From NCBI GenBank assembly GCA_002269645.1, contig NIVC01001769.1, positions 175,837-239,836 of the forward strand: 64,000 nucleotides of DNA, written 5' to 3'. Below the pieces are notes generated by a model. It was given only the letters and a program-made list of their open reading frames with translations, was not told the DNA's origin and ran no database searches. The position numbers and the translations under genes are program-made. Positions 54,287 through 64,000 of the stretch are shown piece by piece (position 1 is the first letter of the stretch; each line of letters begins with the position of its first letter). This DNA is from Macrostomum lignano. Its lineage: Eukaryota.

Positions 54287-57200
54287 ATGGTACGGTTACA
54301 ACTGGATTGGAAAATTTTTTTGGTTTTACTACTAAGCACTGATAGTTTGGAGGTAAGTTCTTCTCACAAGCTCTATAAAACAAGAAATAAACAGGTGTGC
54401 AACCATTTAAAATTTTCTACGTAAATTTAATATTCTACCTATTTTACTTAATCTACTTTTCACACGAAAAACCAGCTTCATGCTCAATAAATACAATTCT
54501 AAGCGAACCAGAAGGTATTGTCCAGGCTAATTCCTCGAATGTAACTACCGAGGACCTAGTGTCAATGTTGATCACTGTTGGCTGCTCAGCACTAACAATG
54601 CAGTTGAGATACAGTTCACCCTTTTTATATATTTGAGCATTTGCCGCACAGTTCACTTGTACGAAAGATCGGAATCGCCAAGTAATGCTACAGAGAGGTT
54701 CCGTTTGTCGTCTGGAAAATCGTCTCTCTCAGAGTTCTGGCTCGCTGGCCCTGTTCTACTACGATGCAAAAGCAACGGCGTGGGATGGAACGTGGGTTTC
54801 AGTTTTCGATACAAGCACAGGGCCACGTTTGGTGCAAGTTTTATGGGAGACAGTTATTATGTCAGTAAGTTTTTTACGCAGTCTTAGTTGCTGAATGCAT
54901 TCGTTTTTTGTTTTGTGGGAAAATCTATGGAAATATTTATATTGACATAATATAGCTCTTCATAGTGCTGTATTTTCAGAAAGTTCAAATTTGATTATAC
55001 TCATCTGTCCTTGAAGTTTTTCACTTTCACATCGAATCCGTGTATAATTTTATTGACAAGTGCCACCGAAATTTGGATAATCATTCCCTCCCTGTCTAGT
55101 CAACTACATTTGTATAAACTTATCGGCACAAAAGAAAACTTCGCCGTGGCTTGCCCGGTCTAGGCTACTTGTTATTTTACTCGTTTTGGTTCTTAGTGGA
55201 TACTGGCTTGAATTGGTATTTGCTGCCACCAGCCAGGTTCTCTGCTGTTCTTAATTCTCATTATGTAAGACTAAATAATTAAGACAGGAATCCATAATTG
55301 TTATTATAATTCGAAAGATTATAATTAGAAAAGTGATATGCAAACAGTTGCAAGGCATTATTAGTTCCCGAGTGCAACATAATGACTACCATAGTGTGCT
55401 GTTACTAGCGAAAACTACTGATAGTAGTTTTATGTATTCCCAATCCTAATTCCCTGGTCTTAACTCGCTTAATCTTAGCTGACCCTAAGCTCCAGTTGCT
55501 TCTGTTTTTCTAAGTCCCGAGATGAGCTACATGACTTCCTTTTCTAGAGCCCAACTGCTCTATACTGGTAAAAAAAACTCCCAAACTCCCTTGTCTATCA
55601 TAACCCCCTAACAATTCCCAAGCCTGCACTACTACAATTAGGGTAAAATCACATTTAACTAGCTATCTGCCCTATAGCAATTATTTAATGTGATGTAAAC
55701 AAAAGTAACACTGAAAAATCGCTAAAAATCGTCATTTACTGCAACTATTCTAATACATGTATGTCCATATAAAATGCAGATCCTGCCACAGAAATGATAA
55801 AAGCTATTAGTGGAGAACGATACAGTCATCCCGACTTTCGAGCGCAAAAGTATTCGAACAATTTGAGAGTAGCTTGGAGCATTCAGGCCAAGAACTTACA
55901 ATCGGTCTGGATAAATTTCGCCTCATTCCGTACTGAAAAAGGATATGACATGCTGCAAGTATTTCAGGGCGTCGTACCAAGCATTGGTAATATGTCTCTG
56001 TTTAACCTAACGGGTGGTGACCACAATGGAGTACAGACAACATTCACTGGCAGTGTGACTCTTGTGTTCCGAACGGACGGTTCAGGGTCAAATCCGGATT
56101 CAAACTTCAATTCTGTGTTTCTGACCTTCCCAGTTCTTGTAAGGAAAGTAAATTTATTGCTAAAAACAATCGAAAATCTGCTTAAGCTGGTTCAATTAAA
56201 GTTTGTTTTTGCAGCTTGCAGAAACAGCGAAGTGTCGACTTTATTTTATCTCCATACTGACGAAACGGCTCATCGATATTTTTCAATTTGGCACAGTGAC
56301 ATGGGCCACATTAGAAAGTGCATTTTGCACCCAGTTTGCAATCAAAGTGTGGTCGTCGCGCACGTTAGTTATAAAACAATTATGTTCATTTTAAAAAATT
56401 GCTAATATACTTATTCAGTTGGTAGAGTGTTTTCTTGATTATTTCAGCAAGCGCACCATTCTCATGACTAAATTAATTCACACATTGATTGATATGCATC
56501 AGAATTTGGCCGTATTATGCATCGCTACTATAAATTGCCAATTTTCTGGACTACCTGGCGATACGACAATCACCCCGCCCGTCCGTAAGAAGTTTGTTAT
56601 CTTATCAACTAAGCATTTTATTTCACAATATGTGGTAATGTATAGGTAAAAATAACATTTCAAATAAATTAGTTTACCATGAATAATTTCACCGTTAGAA
56701 ATATGAATACCCTAATCACCACTGAGTGGAACTTTCAATTACACAAGTGCAATTCTATTTTTCAGCCGACCCAACATCAGTACATATTGAGCACTGCAAC
56801 CAGAGCTGTGGCCCCTAACGGGAGTCGTTCATTTTCGTGCTGTGTCTGAGCCGGCCTGTTCGCGCATTAGGCACCGGTGCAGTCTAAAGACCTCCAGTGG
56901 AATGAAGTACACTGCTACGAAATTCAGCCTTGTCAGTGAAACTCGTTTTTGCTATTAATAACGCCAGGTTTTAATGAAAGCCTCGATTCTCTAATTGTTT
57001 TAGTCTGCAAAAGAGTCAGCTGGTACTCAGTGCCTCAGCTCAGTGACGTCGGTATTTGCTGTGGCTGCCCATCCCACGGTCTGGGCAGGCTCAACAATCA
57101 TGTGCCAATTGCGGAACGGCGGTTACGAATCGACAGCGCTTCGGTCAACGAAATGTACGTACAGCTTTACCTTCAGCAGGGTTTAAATACGATTAATGTT

Positions 57201-59778
57201 GCATAAAATTCCTCTTTATTTTTTATAGGGGCTTACGAAGTTGGATGGCACTTTTCTGACCAGTCTAATCACTTTGGTCTAGAATTCAGTGTTTCGCTAT
57301 ACCCAGCAATTAACTTCTCCGTACAAGCAAGGTGTAATTTGTGGAGCGAATGCAACAGTTCCAGCTTCGAACTGGGACCTTATTTAGTAAAGGTGTGCAG
57401 CACATACATGTACTATACCAGGGATAACCGCGTTGTGTAGCAGAAGTCTTAAGAGTCTTTTAACTAGATGAAAACGAATGAGTTTTAATTACATGCGTAC
57501 ATTTACAGAAGGCGTTACCTTAAACAAGCCAACGGATAGAAGATTATGCAGCTGCTTTGCAGTAGTATATTATCGTATATAATTTTTTACCTTGATCGAT
57601 CAAGGTAAAGGCAGCAGCAACAGCCATTTGAGCAATCCCGATGTTCGAACATGAATTTACGAGCGTATCACGAAAATACATATTTCAGGGACTACTCAAA
57701 CATGTTTTTGAGTTCGAAACATGTTCGAGTAGTCCCTGACATATTTTTTATAAATAGCTTGTAAATAAATTAGGAATATAGTTTTCTAAAATACTACTAC
57801 ACAGCAACTTTGATTGTATCACGTCTAGTTAAACTTATTAGTGTTGTTTTCGAGCTTGCTTACAAATTTTTAAGAATTGCTAGCAATATAAATATTTCCC
57901 TTGATAATTCTTTCACATAGTACTAAAGGTAAAGCATTTATAATCCTGAATATTGATAGAACTTTATATATTTATGATATATATTGAAAGATGCAACACT
58001 CCAGCACTCCGATAATTGATATTTCGAAAAAAAGTTTTCATAAACATGCACTTTTTCATGCTAAAATTCGACTTTTCAGGTGATTAATTGAACACTTCGA
58101 ATTTATTCAAGACTGCTTTCCATTTTCGCAAAACTGGTTCGAAAATGATCGCCTGCTTCAAAAATGTCACCTGCCAGTTTTCTGCTTCTGGACTGTCGAA
58201 ATTAATCATCTCCCATCCGCTTCCTGCTGGTAAGTTGCTTTCATTGTATTCCAACGACAATTCTTAATTTTGCACAAGTTTCATTGTAACAAGCTATAAT
58301 AGATTTGAGTGCAAAATTAAGTTAGTATTTATAGTATATCATGTGTTGTTATCTTGCATAATTTTTCAAGAAAAAAATTTCCAGAAATATTTTCAGAAAA
58401 GGAACCGATGGCAAGCGAAATAAATATTCATAGATATTCAGGAATATTCATCAACTTCTTTAGTTTCCCAATTTATTTTAACTTTTAGGATTGCAGGAAC
58501 TCTGTTGATTTAATTCATGTTGGATTGAAATTTCGATATTATTATATTAACTGTGTAACATATGAAATGCATCAACACGAATAATATTTGGTACAATATT
58601 CCATGTACTATTAAAAAGCAATGACAGAATGCTAGCCGCAAGGACCAATGGCAAAAAAATAGGACAGAGGTTTATATATCTTAGCTAGGATGCTTCTATT
58701 ATGGTGATCCGCTTTAAAGATCAGAATGTATCCTTGTTGTCACACTCAAAACAAACTATACTAATAAACGCTACTGAAATCACTGAAGTTGATCCAGAGT
58801 CCGTAAAAATTGAGTTACTAAAGCCTGATCTGTGGCCTCTGTCCGGAATGCTTCAATTCAAAGTAGTTTCTGAATCTACCTGTGCTAATGTACGACACCG
58901 GTGCAGAGTAAAGACTGTCGGTGCCGCAATCATCACTGCCCGTCGAACGAAAATGGTTTGTGCTGGCATATTATGTAGATATTCAAATTTCGCTTTACTT
59001 TTAAAACTTTAGTTTACATAAACGTGCTTCTATTATAGACTATAGCAAATCCAAAAGGTCCTCGTTGCTTCAGTACAATAAAGTCACAGTTTGTAGCGAT
59101 CACTCAGCCATCAGCTTTGGCAGGATCAGTTATTATCTGTAAGCTAGTCAACGATTCTTTTGTGCTAAAGCTGTCGCCGCTAAATTTAGGTGAGTTTTAA
59201 TTACTTAATTATCGCAAACAGGTTGGATTCATTATCATGGCTTCAGTGCGGTTCTGAATCTAAACACATGAACTTGTGGACTTTCATAAGCTCGATATTT
59301 TATGTTGTCGAAATCAGAAAGTTCGATCACTTTCATGAAGTCAAAACTTCATAAACTCTAATTTTGAAATCGTAAAAAGTATTGCGAGTCACTTCTACGA
59401 GCTTGAGACGTAAAAACGTGAAAAAATCTACCATGAAAAATTTTGACCTCGTGAAAGCGACCCTTCGACCAACTAATGATGATTGTAAATAAAGCCGAAT
59501 GAATTACTGAAATGTCTGCAGCAACACAGGCAAAATGCTTGTAGCTAAAATTAATATAACTGCAGATGGCAGGCTCGCTACAGTGTGGGAGCGACCGGCA
59601 CTGATTGGTTTAGCAGTAGCAACTGTCGTTTCTGTCCTGGTTGCAGCTTTCTTTTTTGCTCGAAACTCGTCAAAATGAGCAGAGGTCAGCAAAATCCGTC
59701 AACTGAACTCGTGATGCAGCAGCTAGCTACATCTGCCTCTGTTGCTGTTTGCAATCAAGATTACGGTGAACAAGATTG
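54287..59778 (+). CDS. Type-I membrane protein, copy 1: signal peptide, 2 CUB domains, repeated beta-sandwich-like units and a TM helix; several apparent frameshifts (gene or pseudogene)
   Basis: Signal-like exon 54287-54352 (MVRLQLDWKIFLVLLLSTDSLE). CUB-like DHCWLL..CRTVHLY..GFSFRY (to 54864). Clear CUB exon 55780-56138 (YSNNLRVAWSI..FASFRTEKGYDMLQVFQG..TLVFRTDGS). Internal repeats PELWPLTG..RHRC (56766+) vs PDLWPLSG..RHRC (58789+). TM ALIGLAVATVVSVLVAAFFFA from 59566. Some junctions unresolved. Confidence 0.6.
57686..57738. mobile_element. 53-bp hAT-type MITE
   Basis: 22-bp TIRs (CAGGGACTACTC[A/G]AACATGTTT, 1 mismatch), 9-nt loop, perfect 8-bp TSD ACATATTT (57678-57685, 57739-57746). Confidence 0.85.
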
Positions 59779-61439
59779 TGTAAGTTATGTGCAATTAATT
59801 TTTACAATTATTTTCTCAAACACAGGATTTACATAGCTCACAAAGTAACTAATCAATCATTATCATTCTAGATAGAGGACAGGGAAATCTATGTTGCTTA
59901 AACGGCTGGTCGAAATCCTAACCTAATTAAAACCTTCACCTACAATTACAGAATGTATTTGTTGTTTTGTAAAAATACTATGGAAAACTATTTTAGCTAC
60001 CGATAATAAGAAAGATGCCATTAAAACTTTTTGCCACTAACAGCCATTCAAATATGGATTAGGAGTGTGGAAACTGCCAGTGCCTTCCAAATCCCTATAA
60101 TTGGTCTGGGCTGTCGCTTGGGAAAAAAACTTGTCACGATTAACAACACAAATGACAAGCCTGGTAAAGTTACGACGCAGTCTTTGGACCTGCAACTGGC
60201 CATATACTCAAAGACTGTCAAAAATCCCTGTGGGGCAAACTCGGCTTGCAAAAGTTATTTAGAATTGTCCATGGTTTCATTTATCCGTCGTAACTGCTAT
60301 CGCAAAATGAAGTGTACGTTTTCGTGAGGCCATGTGAGACTGCCATTTAAAGAGAATTAAAGTTCTCCTGTGAAATTCAGATTTTGTGTAGAGTGTGTAG
60401 AGTAATTGCATAATTATATTCCGGGTGACATCAATTACTGCATGATTGGAAATTAAAGTGATCAATACGCACTGATTATTTCAATAAGGTCCCAAATCAG
60501 GTAGACTGCACTACTGAGAAGAAATTTTACGCGCAACGATTATTTCGTCACAAATAACATTGAGTGGTAAGCTACGTTTTTATTATAAAATACAATATTT
60601 AGACTGCTAGTTGGACCGTCAAAAGTATACTTTACGTAAATATAGATATGCGGTAAAGGTTTAATTTTTTTGTTATTATTCCTTTGATATTCCTTTGATG
60701 ATGTTGTTATTGGCTTTTGTTTCTATTCCGCTTTTCACGCGCAATAATTTTACCTAAAAATAAATACTAACTCAAAATAAAATTATCGAATTAACTCGCA
60801 TGCTCATGTGCCAGCGCTATTTTTATAAACTCTGTTTTTTAAGCCTTGATATTTTGTCGTTCATTTTTGCTTTACTAGTAACCAAGTTGACTTAATACAT
60901 TAGCTTTTCTCGTTTTTTACGTAAATTCATTTTTCCTGTCATTATTAATTTTAGCATTATCAGAAGTAAGTATACGTAAATAAATAACTGATTTTATACT
61001 GTAACTTTTCTGCTAATAAATTCTTTTACGTATTTTTGTTTAAAATTGTCCGCCATATTTAGTAAAATTAGTATATATACGCGCAAATAAACTTCTTCTT
61101 CTTGCATGCTCTTCTGGCGATTGCTCCTAGCTGAGTCTGGAGTATGAACAGTTTGTTCTAAAAATAGAAGTGATTCAGCTTTCAGTCTTCCTTTCTTTCC
61201 CCAATAAATAACCCCTCTATTCCCTTGAAGCGCCGACCGCTTCTCCCCTCCCAGCGAACACTTCCCCTCCCCCCTAGTTGAAAGAACTGTGCTCCCCTCG
61301 ACCCCTCTCCCCCAGTTGTGTGTGCATTCAAGCCTCCCCTTCCCCTTCCCCTAACGCAAAGGCCGCCCAGTCCCTGCGCGCTCCTAGCGACTTATCCCAA
61401 GTTTTTAAAATTTAGACAAATCCTCTTCCCCTATACTCC

Positions 61440-61748
61440 TTCCCCATTAGGCCCATCCCTTACCTAATGTCAGCATTCCCTATTAAATATTGAAATTCCC
61501 CATTAGTGCGTTTCCCAGGAAACTCTAATCCATTGCGTAGCCCTATTCGGATTAGTTTATATAGACAGTGTCTTGCCGCTCGGACACTCACGCTGCCAGG
61601 AGTAACTTTAAAGCATACTCCTTCTAGTAGTGATATTTGCATATTTTCTCCCTAAATTCTAAAGAACCCCCGAAATCCCCTGTAATAATCTAGTATCAGC
61701 AACAGAATAAAGTTAATAAACCCCGACCCCTACAACAATTTGGTAACA
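61440..61748. mobile_element. Probable LTR fragment related to the 3559-4691 solo LTR
   Basis: Shares AGACAGTGTCTT(A/G)CCGCTCGG(G/A)CACT..ACGCT (61563-61594 vs ~4445-4477) and the same GGTAACA terminus. Other end and TSD not found. Confidence 0.4.
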
Positions 61749-62033
61749 GCAGTATAATTATTAACAGAGAGCCAAGAGGCCTATCACACCCACAACATCT
61801 TGAAACAGACTTAGATTTTAAAAAAAAACTATTGTTTCGATCAAAGTTACAATAAATTTATAAGTGATTTTTTAGGCTACAAGCTTTCAGGCCAAAATGA
61901 TGACAGGGTTAACATGTTGATAATACTCTAACACCGACGGAGACTCAAACCTTTTAGTCAGCCTTCATTTAAGATGAAAAAAGCATATTCATTCTGATTT
62001 AAACCTAGATCTAGTAGATATCCTGAGCATACA

Positions 62034-62324
62034 GGGCGGTGCAGCGCTCTTTTTTGTTAGCGGCCTAGGCTCGATTCCAAATGCAGTCACATTACTTTGG
62101 ATCATCTCGGCTTAGCTCTGCTCGTGCAATTAATGCTCTTGAGGGCCAACCCCAAGGCACAGTGAAGTGTACATGCCTAACGATAAATAAAATTAGCGCC
62201 ACTGTACACCTTGTGTGAGTGTGTGCCTGTGCGTATGACTGCGTACGTATCCGCGCGCTTGTGTGTCTGCTCAGGGGAGTCGGCGGAATGGACAATAATG
62301 CCTGACGCCGTTTGTGTGACAATG
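62034..62324 (+). mobile_element. tRNA-derived SINE, copy B
   Basis: GGTGCAGCGCTC...GGCCTAGGCTCGATTCC head. Body matches the reverse complement of 16052-16263 with a ~45-bp insertion. Confidence 0.7.
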
Positions 62325-62902
62325 CGGCTAAAGTTCCTAAAGCTCCTGCCTCTAATATTGAATAACCATGCTTATCAAGAATAGGCGTATACTATTACTG
62401 ATGGAAACTATGCCATTTTTTTTACAAAAATCACTAAATTTAGACATGCTTTTCCACAGTTGGATGCTGAGATATAAATTTACTCATCATAATAATGTGC
62501 TACGAGTATAAAAATACCTCATAGCGTATTTTAAATACTGTCCGCAAATATTGTTTTGAAAAGTACTCAAGACAACCAATAAACCAACTTGCCTTCAGTA
62601 TAAAATTAAACACGATTGGGCACTAAAAATTCCAGATGTGACCCAGAAAGAGACCTGTTTACAATAAGTGAGCCATGTTATCGACTATACTGCTTCACAC
62701 GCTGTTAACTCTGACAGTCAATTTTAACATCGACTTAATCCAAAGATAACTTTCAGTGGAAAAGAGATCGCAGATGATTGTGGAACTGTATTAAGCGTTT
62801 GTTTATATCAAGTGAATAAAAGAGTTCAATCTATCTTAAAATTCAAAGCTATCTCAGAAACCGTTCGCGCACCACAAAGGCAATTATTAGCTCTTAACCA
62901 AA

Positions 62903-64000
62903 ATGTTGCTAACAGCGAACCTGAAGGCTGTCTGCCTTCTTTTTGTTATAAACCATGGAATCAAGTTACTAGCGGTGAGTTTTTATTACAGTGATCCAAA
63001 CGAAGCGCTGTTGCCGACGTTAACCTATCGGCAATGAGAGGCGCGCACTCCGCCATTTCGTCGATTTTTAAACATCCAAAAATGCTTTCAAACTTTCAGC
63101 TAAAACCCCAGGAAACTGCAGAGCACCGTCTAATTTAACTGAAATGCACGGAAGCGTCACACTTAGTCCTGCTGCAATCGACTACAATGCAAAGCTAGCA
63201 AACAGCTTCGATCACTGCTGGCTTTTAAATCCAGGTGCCGGCTTATCGATAAAAATCTCATTTTCTACGGTTGACATCGTCTGTCGCACTGTTCACGTGT
63301 ATGGAAATATAAAAAAATTATTTAGTCCGGTAGAAAATTTTCAAATTTTAAGAAATGCTTATTCACTGTCGGAATACTGGGTGTCCGCACCAGCTCTGCT
63401 GAGATGTTCTATCAAAGGTGACAAGTGGAAATCGGGTTTCCGGTTTCATTATGAATCTTCCGCTCCGTTCAATGTTCGTTTGCAGGGATTGATAACAGAA
63501 AGAAGTAATAAAAAAAATTTTTATTTTTTTCATGACAATTATACAACCCAAATATTTTCCTACCAAACAATTGGACAGATATACCCGTAGAAATTATCAG
63601 AGAAATCTGGGGAATACGAACGAGTCATCCGGAATTCGGTTCAAGAAACTACACCAATCAGCTGATCAAGGCTTGGAGTATTCATGCCGAGGAGTTTCAA
63701 ATTGTTCGAATTTATTTTAATTCGTTTCATTTAGAGGCCGGCAACGACATATTGCAGATATACAAAGGTTTGGTGTCTGATATTGGTTCCGCTTCACTAT
63801 TGAATTTAACCGGAAAACATGACAAGGTCGCCAACAATGTGCTGAATTTCAGTTGTCAGTTTAAGGTGGTCCCGAAAAGGCCGTTGGACTGCTGTTTTCA
63901 TAGTCATTCAACCCTTCAGTTTCACCGTTTCAACTAAACTTTTCCATTCGTTTATTGCGACGTTTACTTGTAGCTAGTGCCAACGATTTTTGTGGCAATT
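62903..64000 (+). CDS. Tandem paralog (copy 2) of the CUB-domain protein, truncated by the window end; exons ~63100-63504 and 63579->
   Basis: DHCWLL..VCRTVHVY..SLSEYWVSAPALLRC..GFRFHY and SHPEF..NYTNQLIKAWSI..FNSFHLEAGNDILQIYKG..LLNLTG align with copy 1, with the same phase-1 intron. Putative signal exon 62903-62974; its junction to 63100 is unresolved. Confidence 0.65.

Overview
Eukaryotic (animal) genomic window. The first ~37 kb is very rich in micro- and minisatellites. The repeat landscape is reminiscent of a free-living flatworm such as Macrostomum, but that is an unverified inference. Three intron-containing loci were reconstructed by hand. (1) ERp44 on the - strand (12045->3016, 6 exons). 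Its last intron holds a hAT-type non-autonomous element that carries a 2.7-kb 20-bp satellite and a nested solo LTR. (2) A KCNQ/Kv7 potassium channel on the + strand (24668->52411, ~1300 aa). (3) A tandem pair of CUB-domain membrane-protein genes (54287->window end). The standout is the KCNQ pore. The selectivity-filter/S6 exon is duplicated into two 111-nt phase-0 exons: a canonical one (TVGYGD...GISFFALPA) and a divergent one (TVGYGQ...IISFFALPP). A 32-nt near-perfect reverse complement of the divergent exon's 3' end plus its 5' splice site lies 2.6 kb downstream in intron 8. Together these suggest RNA-structure-controlled (and possibly ADAR-edited) switching of the channel pore. No expression data or database searches were available, so all functional statements are hypotheses.
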